Shown: positions 32,295-45,150 of the stretch, piece by piece
Layout of the letters: each line of letters begins with the position of its first letter
Numbering within the stretch: position 1 is the stretch's first letter
Origin: Acidobacteriota bacterium
GTDB lineage: Bacteria > Acidobacteriota > UBA6911 > RPQK01 > JAJDTT01
Direction: 5' to 3'
DNA: 64,000 bases
Assembly: GCA_965263035.1 (NCBI GenBank)
Contig: OZ253580.1
Span: 3,904,001 to 3,968,000 of the forward strand
Position numbers and translations under genes: made by a program
Notes under the pieces: generated by a model
Databases searched by the model: none
Told to the model about the DNA's origin: nothing
Seen by the model: only the letters and a program-made list of their open reading frames with translations

Positions 32295-33080
32295 ATGGGT
32301 CACTTGGTTACAGATCGTCTCGGTGAATTGCTGCAAGAGCATAAACATCTCTACGGCGTCCTGTGCCGGGACGCAACGCTGACCGACATCGAGTTGATGG
32401 CGCAAGCCGGTTACCACCTGGTCTGGCTGGATCTGGAGCACTGTCCCCAGTCCATTCCCGAGCTGATCCGGCTCACCCGAAGCATCGAGCATCTGGGGAT
32501 GGTGCCCCTGGTGCGGATCCCCGAGCTGTTGCGAACCAACGTTCAGCCGCTGGTGGATGGGGGCGTCCGGATCGTGACCCTGCCGGATGTCCGGACCGTC
32601 GAACAGGCCGCCCGGCTGGTTCAACTGGGAAAGTTCCCGCCCCTGGGACAGCGGGGCGTTTCCTCCACCAGCGCCGGGATCGGCTTTCAGCTTGGCCCCG
32701 ATCCGCTGGAAACCCTGCGCCGGGCCGACCGGACGGTTCGGATGATGGTCATGTTCGAGAGCGACGAGGGCTACGGGAATCTGGAAGAGATCGTCGGCCT
32801 CGACGGAATCGACATTGTCTCCGTGGGCCCCGGGGACTGGGCCACCGGCCTGGGTCTCGGCGGCCGGGAGGCGAAAGACTACCTGACTCCCAAGATCGAG
32901 CGCATCCTGCGGGTGACCCGGGACTCGGGCAAGATTTCGGTCATGTCTGCCTCCGGACCCGCCGATTGGCGGTACTATTCCGATCTTGGCGTCCGAATAT
33001 TCATCGTGGGTGTCGACGTGGCGCTGAAGCGCATGGCGCTGGTGAAGGCGCTGCGCCAGTATCAGGGCGGGGAGGTGTGA
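32295..33080 (+). CDS. HpcH/HpaI aldolase family protein
   Basis: WLDLEH, PLVRIP, KFPPLGQRG, MFES and VGPGD motifs. Confidence 0.88.
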   Translation: MGHLVTDRLGELLQEHKHLYGVLCRDATLTDIELMAQAGYHLVWLDLEHCPQSIPELIRLTRSIEHLGMVPLVRIPELLRTNVQPLVDGGVRIVTLPDVRTVEQAARLVQLGKFPPLGQRGVSSTSAGIGFQLGPDPLETLRRADRTVRMMVMFESDEGYGNLEEIVGLDGIDIVSVGPGDWATGLGLGGREAKDYLTPKIERILRVTRDSGKISVMSASGPADWRYYSDLGVRIFIVGVDVALKRMALVKALRQYQGGEV

Positions 33081-33832
33081 TGACGGTTCGACTCGAGTTT
33101 GTGGGGCATGCCTGCTTTCGTGTCTTGGAAGAGGGAAGGCCGACCCTGGTCCTGGACCCGTTCTCCCTGACCATCACCGGTCTGCCGGACGACGATCTGA
33201 GTCTGGACGGAGACATCGTGATCGTCAGCTCGCTGACCGATGATGCCCACGACAACGTCGCTCTGGTCAAAGGTGCGCCTCACGTGATCAATGCCCTTGA
33301 CGTGGCCAACGGCCGGGTGGAGGAGACCATCAACGGCCAGCCGGTGGCGGCGATTCCGGCGGCGGAGACGCCGGATCATCCCGACGGCCCCGAAGACAAC
33401 GCCCTCTACGCGTTCCGGGCGGGAGGCCTCTGGTTCGCGCACATGGGAGACGTGGGGTATGAACTGGGCCGGGAGGAGTTGGCGCCATGGAAAGGCCGGT
33501 GCGACGTGCTGATGGCGCTGGTGGGCGCGGGTTTCACGGTCCCGTTGGACGCCCTGGACCGGATGATCGATATCCTGCAGCCCACCTGGATCGTTCCCAT
33601 GCACTACGCTCTCCCGCCCTTCGGTTTCCGGGGAGTTCCCGGCGGCAACATGAGTCCGGTGGACGTCTTTCTGAATCGGCGGCCGCGCGACGCGGTCATC
33701 GTCGCCCGCCATCACACCATCTCGTTCCCGACGCAGCGCGCCTGTGACGCACGGCCCACCATCGTGGTCCTGGAGCCGTTGGGCTACCAAGCGACGGCCG
33801 GTCTTCCCGAATTCCGGGTCTCGCCCTATTGA
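33080..33832 (+). CDS. MBL-fold metallo-hydrolase (beta-lactamase superfamily)
   Basis: GHACF, LDPF, DAHD, HMGD and VPMHY motifs. Confidence 0.8.
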   Translation: MTVRLEFVGHACFRVLEEGRPTLVLDPFSLTITGLPDDDLSLDGDIVIVSSLTDDAHDNVALVKGAPHVINALDVANGRVEETINGQPVAAIPAAETPDHPDGPEDNALYAFRAGGLWFAHMGDVGYELGREELAPWKGRCDVLMALVGAGFTVPLDALDRMIDILQPTWIVPMHYALPPFGFRGVPGGNMSPVDVFLNRRPRDAVIVARHHTISFPTQRACDARPTIVVLEPLGYQATAGLPEFRVSPY

Positions 33833-33898
33833 ATCCGGCGGTCGCGCGTCGCGCAGGCAAGAACAAGGGACGAGGAAGAGAAAAGCGCCGAGATCTTA

Positions 33899-34060
33899 GA
33901 GGATCGGCGAGACTATGGCGAGGACCGTTTCATCACCGTCGGCTTTCTCGACGAAGCGATGGTAGTCCTGGTCTGGACACCCCGAGCTGGCGCGTATCGG
34001 ATCACTAGCATGAGGAAAGCCAATGAACGCGAAAGGAAGCTCTATGCCCCGCGATTTTGA
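33899..34060 (+). pseudogene. brnT: 5'-truncated BrnT toxin
   Basis: Frame reads EDRRDYGEDRFITVGFLDEAMVVLVWTPRAGAYRITSMRKANERERKLY; no start codon upstream of this segment before the preceding stop. Confidence 0.78.
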
Positions 34061-34280
34061 TCCAGACACCGCGCTGGACCTGTCCAGGGACGGCTGGCCG
34101 GAGAAGTTTTCCAAGACCGCTGTTCGCCGCGGGCGGCCACCCCTCGCCAGACCGAAAGTGTCCACCACCATCCGACTATCGCAGGATGTGATCGATCATT
34201 TCCGAGCCGGCGGACGCGGCTGGCAGACGCGGATTGACGAGGCCCTTCGTGAGTGGATCGGGAAACCCGACACGGCGTGA
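34023..34280 (+). CDS. brnA: BrnA family antitoxin
   Basis: RGRPP..KVSTTIRLSQDVIDHFRAGGRGWQTRIDEALR. Confidence 0.88.
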   Translation: MNAKGSSMPRDFDPDTALDLSRDGWPEKFSKTAVRRGRPPLARPKVSTTIRLSQDVIDHFRAGGRGWQTRIDEALREWIGKPDTA

Positions 34281-34744
34281 GAGGAAATGCCGACCCTGGT
34301 CCTGGATCCTTTCTCCCTGATCCACACCGAGGTGGCCGACGACGGCTGGCCTTCCCGAGTTTAGTGTAACCTCCTATTGACGCCGGCGGAAGCAAGATTA
34401 CCCCAATATAATAATTATAGATATATAATTGCCATTCCTACATCTATAGTTCCACTAGCCACCCCTAAAACCTTTCTTCGGTTTGTTCCCGAAAAAATGT
34501 CTGTGCCTTGTTGATCTCGCTCATTATCTTATTGTCAGGCAAGTCTCCCCGAACAAAAATGAGCACTGACGCCGGCTCAGAATCATCAATATTCAAGTGC
34601 ATCGCCCAAAGGTTGAAAGCACACTTGTCTGTAGCAGTGCCGTAGCGACGTTTGAACAGCAGGTCTTGATTGGCTTTTCCGCGACGAATCAGAGCGTAGC
34701 AAAATGGATTCTTTTGCATCTTTTGTATTCGGTTTTCCTATAAC

Positions 34745-36482
34745 CCCAGATTATTCATGGGACATGTTGATAAGGGCTTCCAACCCGGCGTTTTCGTGCG
34801 GTCGCAGCCCGGTTTCTCTTGAAGCTCTGTCGATTCGACTGAATCGGCTCGAAAACAGGACGATTGAACCAGTCATAAACCGTTTTCCGGCCAGGGGGAC
34901 CGTCACCCGCCGACAGGTTGACTTTCCGGTGAGAAATCCCCACCGTTTCGGTCCCTTCCACGGGCCCGTTTTCTCCTCCGTCCACTATCCCGGCGCCCAG
35001 GACACCCGCGCCAGTCTCTGCCACAACCGCTTCCAGTCCGTCGCCCCTTGACTGATGACGAAAATCAATCGCCTCCCCTGACGCAGCGCCCGACTCGCCA
35101 CTCGCAACACCCGCTCGCGAAAACGACGCAGACTCCAGCCCCGACGCGTCGCCTGCTCCATCAGCACCCGACCCAGGTGCAGGATCTCGTACCCCAGCAG
35201 ATTCAGCAGGAACCGGACTTCGTTGTGGGGTCGAACGCCGGCCTCCGTCCTCGCTTCCGGCTTGGCTTCCGACTTCAGCGGTTGGCCCCGATAGTGCGTC
35301 TTGGGCCGGCTCGCGGAGGACAAGGCCGGATCGAGCACGTCCATGAACTCCCCCATGTGGCCTTCCGCCTTCCCCCGCTTTCGATACTGTGCCAGCAACT
35401 CCTGAGCCTCGTATCGTTTCCGGCTCAGGCTCGTCAGCAACCAGAAATGATCCGGATACAACTCCCCCGGTCGCTCCCGCACCACCAGCACCACCCGGAG
35501 CGTCAACTTCAGCGCCTTTTTCCCCAGGTAGCTGGCTCCCGGAAAAATCTCCCCGTCGATCAGGTCCCCCGTCTCGGCACAACTCGCCACCAACCCGTGG
35601 TACATCCGCTGGCGATAGTATCCGTTCCATTCGCTTCCCGGGGGATGCCCATGGACCTCGACCGGGAGACCGTCCACGTCCAGGTACATCGTCTTTTTCC
35701 GTCTCTTCTTCCGTGGGGTCTTTTTCCCCCGTTTTCGCCGCTGGCCTTCGATCATCTCGATCCGACGGCACGCCAGCTCCGTCACCGCCTGGTGCAGGAC
35801 CGGAAGGTTCTCCTCCCGGCTGAGCGTGTCCAGCAGTCGGGACAAGGTCGGCTGCGACGCCAGCCCCTGGCCCTCCTCCAAGGCCGCCGTGCCCCGACGG
35901 GTCCGGCTCGCCACCCGCAAGCTCGGATCCTGACGCAGGCGGTCGGCGTCGGACTGGTCGCGCCAGCCCTGACCCAGCAGCAGGAGTCGAGTCCGCAGCA
36001 GATCCGACAGCGGATAGCGGATCGAACTCGGGTGTCGCGGATCGTGCAACCGCTCGGTCAACCAGTCGATGAGGCCGCTGCGCTCCATCAGCTCCCGTTG
36101 CACCAGGGCTCCCGTGTCCGCACTGAGCAACTCGGGGCGGGTCTCGAGGCGGAGGGATCGGTTGAATGAGGGCCGGATCTGCGGTATCGTCTCAGGCATG
36201 GCGTGCTCCGTTTATTGTGGTTGTTTCTTAGCACTATAATCATACCACAAATGACGGGCACGCCGTCTCTTTATGCCGCCCTTGGAGGGGACGAAAACCG
36301 TGGAAATGCTTGGGTTTCGGCCCCACTTGAATCCTGGGGTTAAACCGACGTTGAAAACAAATATAGCGTTTCACCCAGGTCGGATCCCATCCGTTTTCTG
36401 TGGGTATCCCGTAACCCTCTGATCCGACTCGACATGACGGGCACGCTTGCTCATTTTATGTTTGCGTGGTGAATAATCTGGG
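34745..36482 (-). mobile_element. IS1380-family insertion sequence
   Basis: TIR CCCAGATTATTCA / TGAATAATCTGGG with 5-bp target duplication ATAAC. Confidence 0.9.
34985..36199 (-). CDS. IS1380 transposase (probably internally deleted)
   Basis: LSADTG, LASQPTLSR, LDVD, YRKRGKAE and NEVR motifs; the central segment looks short. Confidence 0.8.
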   Translation of the reverse strand: MPETIPQIRPSFNRSLRLETRPELLSADTGALVQRELMERSGLIDWLTERLHDPRHPSSIRYPLSDLLRTRLLLLGQGWRDQSDADRLRQDPSLRVASRTRRGTAALEEGQGLASQPTLSRLLDTLSREENLPVLHQAVTELACRRIEMIEGQRRKRGKKTPRKKRRKKTMYLDVDGLPVEVHGHPPGSEWNGYYRQRMYHGLVASCAETGDLIDGEIFPGASYLGKKALKLTLRVVLVVRERPGELYPDHFWLLTSLSRKRYEAQELLAQYRKRGKAEGHMGEFMDVLDPALSSASRPKTHYRGQPLKSEAKPEARTEAGVRPHNEVRFLLNLLGYEILHLGRVLMEQATRRGWSLRRFRERVLRVASRALRQGRRLIFVISQGATDWKRLWQRLARVSWAPG

Positions 36483-36692
36483 ATAACTCATATTTCTTGC
36501 TTCGAGACAATTCGGATATTTATATAAGTTAATAGCTATCTATGTTTCCCCCGCCGCGGGGAGAAACAGGCGTGATGAAGCACGCACGCCTCCAGTCGCA
36601 ATAGATATGAAGATATAGATGTATAAATACATGGATAATGCTATTCGACGGCAGATAATAGGAATAAGATGTGTGTTTCCGGAGCCGTCGGG

Positions 36693-38057
36693 TTATCCGG
36701 GTGCGTAGGCTCCCCAGGGTTTCTTGTCCAGGACCCTTTCCAGAAAGCGGAGGGCGTTCGCGCCCAGAATCTTACGGATCTCTTCGTCGCTGAAGCCGCG
36801 GGTCACCAGGCCGACGGTCCAGTAAGGCCAGTTGGACCACTCCATGGGACGGGCTGAGTAATTGGGAACAAAGGTCAGGTCGGTCCCGATGCCGACGTGG
36901 TCGATCCCGGCCACCTTGACGGCGTGTTCCAGGTGCCGGGCGAACTGTTCGAAGGTCGCCGGCCGGGGCGGGTCGCTGTTCCACTTGGAACGTTTCGCCG
37001 GGTCCCCCTGCTCCCAGAGCCGGTGGTCCACGATGTAGATCCCGATGAGGCCGCCCTTGCCCGCCACCACCCGGAGGTAGTCGTCGTCCACGTTGCGCTG
37101 GTCGATGTCCCGGTAGACGGCGGAACAGGCGGTGTGACTGTTGATCACCGGCTCCACCGAGGTCTCGGCTGCATCCAACGCGGTCCGGCGGGCGGCGTGG
37201 GAGAGATCGACGGCGACCCCGAGTTGGTTCATCCGGCGCACCAGTTGACGGCCCTCCCGCGAAAGGCCCGGGTCGCGGTGCCAGAGCTGGTAGGCGTCCC
37301 AGCCCACGGCGTTGGAGTGGGTATGGGTGAGCTGGGCCATGCGCACTCCCAGGCCGTAGAACAGGTCCAGGTGCTCCACCGACTTTCCGGGCACCCAGAG
37401 GGCGTGGACGCCCTGGAGTTGGGAGAGGAGTCCCAGCTTTCCCTGGCTGCGGGCCTTGCGCAGATCCTTAGCGCCCGCGATCCGCACCACGTCGGGCAAG
37501 AGGCCGTAGGCCAGATTGGAGGTGGCCATCCAGCGCAGGCACTGATCGAAGGTGTAGTGTCCGGCGTTGTCCTCCACGGCCAGATCCACCCCCGTGAGCT
37601 GGTAAAGAGCCCTCCAGTCCTCTTGCCAGCCGTTTTCGAAGGCGGACTCCAGGGGTTTGTGCTCCCACCAGGTCCGGCGTACCAGACGGGAGGCCTCCCT
37701 GGGATCGACGCCTTCGGCTTCCAGCTCCTTCCGATTCCACTGGAGCATATGCTGGAGTCGTGGCCCCGGCTGCCCGATGGCGGCGGCGACGTAGACGGCG
37801 CCCATGAGATCGGCGACATAGGCGTCATGGTGGAGCTGTAGGCCGTGTTCCAGCTGTTTCGGGGTCGGCTTCAACTCGGCCAGGAGGGTTTCTCTTCCAG
37901 CCATGACCCGTGACCGGATCGGCTCTCTCAGCGACTTGCCGGTCAGAGCCTCGGGGGTGGGGGCGGCCCGGCGCGAGTAGATGTACGGCGCTGCGGCGAG
38001 TCCGCCGGCGAGCGTCCCCTGCAGGAGAGAACGCCTGGAAAACGGTTGTTGCTTCAT
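36693..38057 (-). CDS. Membrane dipeptidase (M19) family protein with Tat signal
   Basis: SRRSLL, LGVRMAQLTH, VDLSH, NSHT, RNVDD, DHVGIGTD, KILGANALR. Confidence 0.88.
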   Translation of the reverse strand: MKQQPFSRRSLLQGTLAGGLAAAPYIYSRRAAPTPEALTGKSLREPIRSRVMAGRETLLAELKPTPKQLEHGLQLHHDAYVADLMGAVYVAAAIGQPGPRLQHMLQWNRKELEAEGVDPREASRLVRRTWWEHKPLESAFENGWQEDWRALYQLTGVDLAVEDNAGHYTFDQCLRWMATSNLAYGLLPDVVRIAGAKDLRKARSQGKLGLLSQLQGVHALWVPGKSVEHLDLFYGLGVRMAQLTHTHSNAVGWDAYQLWHRDPGLSREGRQLVRRMNQLGVAVDLSHAARRTALDAAETSVEPVINSHTACSAVYRDIDQRNVDDDYLRVVAGKGGLIGIYIVDHRLWEQGDPAKRSKWNSDPPRPATFEQFARHLEHAVKVAGIDHVGIGTDLTFVPNYSARPMEWSNWPYWTVGLVTRGFSDEEIRKILGANALRFLERVLDKKPWGAYAPG

Positions 38058-38079
38058 GACCCGGTTCCTCGTTTGGACG

Positions 38080-39975
38080 TCACCTCTCGAATCGGCGAAA
38101 CCATCCCGATTCGGGATTGGATTCCATCGTGCCCCAACGGGATCGCCACCAGAAGTCCGCCCGCGACCCGGTGGGAGTGTCCACGTCTCGAACCATCAAG
38201 TTCAAGCGCAAGGTCCGCCAAGTGGCCCCGGCAATCCCGTCCATAGAGGCATGGGGGATGGCCACCTCCAGGGTATACCCGGCTGGGGTGGGTGAGCTCC
38301 AGGCCCGCAGGCCGTCGATGGGGTCCCGACCGCCGAACACGATGGCGGCTCCGGGCTGGGAGCCCGGGGCGAGGCGTACTGTACGGTCACGCCTCGTTCC
38401 GGTGGCCTCATCGGACTGGCCCGGGCCGCCACTGGCTTCGGCGGGACGGGGGTCCAGGTAGAGGACGACGCTGTCCCGGAGCGAAGACCGCCTGCCGGCC
38501 AAGTGGATCCGCCGATCGTCCTGCACTTCCACACCCAGATACAGGTAGGCCCGGTCTTGAACCAGGCCGAAGCGAACCCCGAGATCCTGAGGGCCGGTCC
38601 AGGTGGAGGCGTCTCCAGTCAGCTGCCGGGGCCGAGCCATGGAGACGGGAAGGGACGGCCAATCGTCGAGTCGTCCGTCCAGGGTCGGCGAGCCCCCGTC
38701 CCGGTGAGCGATGAGCGGCCGGTGCTCCGCCGCGGCGTAGATGGTTCGAGTCCAGGATACGGGTTCGTGGAGCTGATCCGGCCGGTAGGTGGTCCGCACT
38801 TCTGCCGCCAAAGCGTCCTCGGCGGTGGGTTGCCAGGACTCGGGCCAATTCAGCGTGACCTCCAGCCTCTCGTTGGAGCCGGGCTCCAGCGTCTTGACGA
38901 CGGCGTAGGGAGACGGTGTCAGATGCGGGTGGGCTTCCCAGCGGACACGGACCTCCAGCGGTATATCCGCCCGGTTCTCCAGCTCGAGCCAAGTCCGTCC
39001 GCGCCCGGGGGAATCGGTGGTGATGGTGTCGAGTCGAACCGCATGCTCGCCGCCGAGCCGATTCGTGAGGCGGGCCATGGACTCGGTCCGCACGTCCTCC
39101 CCCAGGATCCCGTCCAGCTTCAGGTTGGCCATCACCGGTCCGTCGGTGGTCATGGTAATCCAGCTGATGTGGTCGAAACGGCCGTGGGAGAGCCCGGAGA
39201 GGGGAGTGGCGCCGCCGGTCGTGGCCAGTTGGTAGTATTTGTACTGGGCGCGCTGGTAGCGGACGTAACGGTGGCGATGGCCGGCAAATACCGTGTGGGG
39301 CCGGCCGGCCAGGGCCTGTTCCACCGCTTCCCATCCCGATCCCTCCCGGTAGTCCCAAAGGGGTTTGTGGAGGAAGACCAGGGTCCAGCGGACCTGAGTG
39401 TTGGCTTCCAGGATCTGCCGCGCGAAGGCGGCTTGCTCGGGTCCGATCCGGCTGGGTGTCCCGTCTTCCGTATTCAGGCAGAGGAAGAGGACTCCCTTGT
39501 ATACGAAGTGGTAGTAGGTGGGGCCGAACCGCTTCGTCCATTCCCTCCGCGCCGTGTCGTCCCAGATGTCGTGATTGCCGGGCACGTAGAAGAACCGCAT
39601 CCGGAGGATGTCGACGGAGTCTCTGAATTGCGACCACTCGCGCTCGACCTGGTCCGGGTCGTCGGTCGCCCCCTCGATGAGATCCCCCACGCTGACGACG
39701 AACTCCGGCCTCAGATGGTTGATCTTGCGGAGGGCGCTGCGAAATACGCCCTCCCGGTGTCCGCCGGTGCGGTCGGAGACGATGATGAATTGGAAGTCGT
39801 CCGGGTTGTTCAGCAGACCCTTTCCGGTCCACGGCGTGGGCCCCTCGATCTCGGGGAAACGGGTCGGGTGCGTCCCGGAGTCCTGGCTCGGAGGGGTCCA
39901 GGCGGCCACCAGTCCCAGTCCCGAAACCACTCCCAGGATCAGCAATCGGCGGAAGGCGGTGTTTCCTGTCTTCAT
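38080..39975 (-). CDS. Exported metallophosphoesterase with C-terminal CBM9/DOMON-like domain
   Basis: SDRTGG, GDLIEG, GNHD, HKP and GHRH motifs; PTLDGRLDDW..YLGVEVQDD C-terminal domain. Confidence 0.8.
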   Translation of the reverse strand: MKTGNTAFRRLLILGVVSGLGLVAAWTPPSQDSGTHPTRFPEIEGPTPWTGKGLLNNPDDFQFIIVSDRTGGHREGVFRSALRKINHLRPEFVVSVGDLIEGATDDPDQVEREWSQFRDSVDILRMRFFYVPGNHDIWDDTARREWTKRFGPTYYHFVYKGVLFLCLNTEDGTPSRIGPEQAAFARQILEANTQVRWTLVFLHKPLWDYREGSGWEAVEQALAGRPHTVFAGHRHRYVRYQRAQYKYYQLATTGGATPLSGLSHGRFDHISWITMTTDGPVMANLKLDGILGEDVRTESMARLTNRLGGEHAVRLDTITTDSPGRGRTWLELENRADIPLEVRVRWEAHPHLTPSPYAVVKTLEPGSNERLEVTLNWPESWQPTAEDALAAEVRTTYRPDQLHEPVSWTRTIYAAAEHRPLIAHRDGGSPTLDGRLDDWPSLPVSMARPRQLTGDASTWTGPQDLGVRFGLVQDRAYLYLGVEVQDDRRIHLAGRRSSLRDSVVLYLDPRPAEASGGPGQSDEATGTRRDRTVRLAPGSQPGAAIVFGGRDPIDGLRAWSSPTPAGYTLEVAIPHASMDGIAGATWRTLRLNLMVRDVDTPTGSRADFWWRSRWGTMESNPESGWFRRFER

Positions 39976-40109
39976 GAGTCCATTCTATGCGGCTACCTGA
40001 GACTTCGTCACGAACGGGAGATGAGAAAAAGGCGAAAAATGAGGGTTCGGCGGCTGGAAAACCGGCGCCTCCGGGTCTTCTGGTGGCAACTCGCGGCGGG
40101 ACAGGAAAA

Positions 40110-40186
<77 letters not shown>

Positions 40187-40365
40187 TTGCAGGACGGTGA
40201 ATTATAGCTCAGGCCGGAAACGGCTGGCAAACGAGCCGGTGACCACGACGCCCTCGCTCCTTTTCCAGGACGCGGGAGGCGCCCACAAGGGGCGCCCCTA
40301 CGGTTTTCGATCTGGCACCGGCGGGGCGGGTAGCGCAGAGCTGTTCCCTCGGGGCTGCTGCTAGA

Positions 40366-40830
40366 ATGAAGCCCGTGGCCAGGAACGTGGGGACCGAGAT
40401 ACCGGACCGGATCGTCGCCGAGATCCGAAGAGATCCTCCGATCCCGGAGGCGATTCCACTCGTCAGCGTGGACCCGGAGGGGTTCCCGCATGTCGCCCTC
40501 CTGTCCTACTACGAACTCTTTCTCCAGGACGGGATCCTCGGATTTTTCGTCCACCACGGAAGCCGTTCGGGACGCTTCCTCAAGACCGGGCGCCGCTGTA
40601 CCCTCCTCTTCGTGAACCCGGACTTCGTCATTTACGTCAAGGGACGGGCTCATTGGAGAGGGGATCGTGAGTCCTGCTCCGTATTTCAGCTCCAGGTGGA
40701 GGCCGTGCTGGAGGACTCTCCTCTGCCGGAGGAGGGAGATGTAGTCCTGAAATCCGGGATCCGGTTCGGAGCCGGCGAAACGTCGTTCGAGAGCCGAGCC
40801 CGGCTGCGGCGGAGGATGATATGGCACTAG
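40366..40830 (+). CDS. Pyridoxamine 5'-phosphate oxidase-like FMN-binding split-barrel protein
   Basis: LVSVDPEGFPHVALLS, GSRS..LK..RCTL motifs. Confidence 0.65.
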   Translation: MKPVARNVGTEIPDRIVAEIRRDPPIPEAIPLVSVDPEGFPHVALLSYYELFLQDGILGFFVHHGSRSGRFLKTGRRCTLLFVNPDFVIYVKGRAHWRGDRESCSVFQLQVEAVLEDSPLPEEGDVVLKSGIRFGAGETSFESRARLRRRMIWH

Positions 40831-42251
40831 CGAAGCAACGGGCCGACGTCGTGGTGGTTGGAGCCGGACCTGGAGGTTACGCGGCCGCGTTTCGGGCGGC
40901 CGATCTGGGACTTGAAGTGGTGATGGTGGATGCTCGGGGACGGCCCGGAGGCGTCTGTCTTCACGACGGATGCATCCCCTCCAAGACCCTGCTCCACGTG
41001 TCGGACCTCCTGACCCGGATTCGCGAGGCGGATCGGCTGGGCATCGAAGTGGGGGAGCCGAGGGTGAATCTGGACCGGCTCCGGGACTGGAAACGCTCGG
41101 TCATCGACCGGCTCGCGGCCGGTGTCGCCCACCTGGCCCGCCAGCGAGGTGTGCGGATGATCTGGGGGAAAGCTCGATTCCTGTCGTCGGGCCGGCTCGC
41201 CGTGGAAGGCGAAGAATCCGCGGAGATCGACTTTTCCCACGCCGTCCTGGCCACAGGCTCGCGGCCGGTCGTCTTGCCCGGCATGCCGATCGACAGCCCT
41301 CGCCTGTTGGATTCCACCACGGCGCTTGACCTGGAGACGATTCCCGAGAACCTGCTGGTGATCGGTGGGGGGTACATCGGCCTGGAACTGGGGACCGTGT
41401 ACGCGGCTCTGGGAAGCCGGGTCACGGTGGTGGAGATGTTGGACGGTCTGCTTCCCGGAGCGGATCGGGACCTGGTCCGGCCTCTGGAGAAACGGATCCG
41501 GAGTTCCTTCGAAGCGGTTCATCTGCGAAGCCGGGTCGGACGCGTCCGGGAATCCGGGGACGGACTGGAGGTGGAGCTGGAGTTGCCGGGTGAAACGGTT
41601 ACACGCGGCTTCGATCAGGTGCTGGTGGCTGTGGGCCGGCGCCCCAATTCGGAAGGCCTGGGCCTGGAGAACACGGGGGTGGCGGTCGACGCGCAAGGCT
41701 TCATCCGGACGGACACGCAGTGCCGGACCGACGATCCGGCGATCTTCGCCATCGGCGACGTGGCCGGCCAGCCCATGCTGGCTCACAAGGCCACCAGGGA
41801 AGCCAAGGTGGCCGCCGAGGTCATCGCCGGTGAGGAGTCCAGTTTCGAGCCGGAGGCGATTCCGGCCGTGGTTTTCACCGATCCCGAGGTGGCCTGGTGC
41901 GGCCTCACTGAAACGGAAGCGAAGGCCACCGGCCAGGAGGTCCGCGTGGTGCGGTTCCCCTGGGCGGCGTCGGGCCGGGCCCTGACCATGGGAAGGCCCG
42001 AGGGCATGACCAAGATGATTCTCGAGCCCGACTCGGGGCAGGTCCTGGGAGTGGGCATCGTGGGAGTCCACGCCGGGGAACTCATCGCGGAAGGAGTGGC
42101 GGCCATCGAAATGGCGGCTCTGGCCGAGGATCTGACGCTCTTCATTCATGCTCATCCCACGCTTTCGGAGACCTTGGGCGAGGCGGCGGAGTTCTTCCTG
42201 GGTCAGCCCACGCATCTGTTTCGCCCGCCGAGGAAACGCCGGAGCTTCTGA
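40821..42251 (+). CDS. lpdA: Dihydrolipoyl dehydrogenase
   Basis: GAGPGGY, GGVCLHDGCIPSK, GGGYIGLE and HAHPTLSE motifs. Confidence 0.95.
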   Translation: MALAKQRADVVVVGAGPGGYAAAFRAADLGLEVVMVDARGRPGGVCLHDGCIPSKTLLHVSDLLTRIREADRLGIEVGEPRVNLDRLRDWKRSVIDRLAAGVAHLARQRGVRMIWGKARFLSSGRLAVEGEESAEIDFSHAVLATGSRPVVLPGMPIDSPRLLDSTTALDLETIPENLLVIGGGYIGLELGTVYAALGSRVTVVEMLDGLLPGADRDLVRPLEKRIRSSFEAVHLRSRVGRVRESGDGLEVELELPGETVTRGFDQVLVAVGRRPNSEGLGLENTGVAVDAQGFIRTDTQCRTDDPAIFAIGDVAGQPMLAHKATREAKVAAEVIAGEESSFEPEAIPAVVFTDPEVAWCGLTETEAKATGQEVRVVRFPWAASGRALTMGRPEGMTKMILEPDSGQVLGVGIVGVHAGELIAEGVAAIEMAALAEDLTLFIHAHPTLSETLGEAAEFFLGQPTHLFRPPRKRRSF

Positions 42252-42260
42252 GGGGGGGCA

Positions 42261-42339
42261 GGAGGGGCGATTTCCAGTCGCCCTCTTCACCCTTGCCCCA
42301 TACTCACCCCGGAGCTCGGCGGTTGGAAACCGCCGCTCC
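42261..42339. repeat. Inverted pair of REP-like palindromes between lpdA and acnA
   Basis: GGAGGGGCGATTTCCAGTCGCCC and CGGCGGTTGGAAACCGCCGCTCC, as at 64-158. Confidence 0.75.
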
Positions 42340-42407
42340 GCCAGTTTGCCTTGGGCCGCCGATCAGGAGTATTTTTGGAGCCGCTTCCGAGAAAGGACCG
42401 GTCCACC

Positions 42408-45113
<2,706 letters not shown>

Positions 45114-45150
45114 CCCGGGATCAGGGAGGGGACCGGTTGAGGCTGAATCG

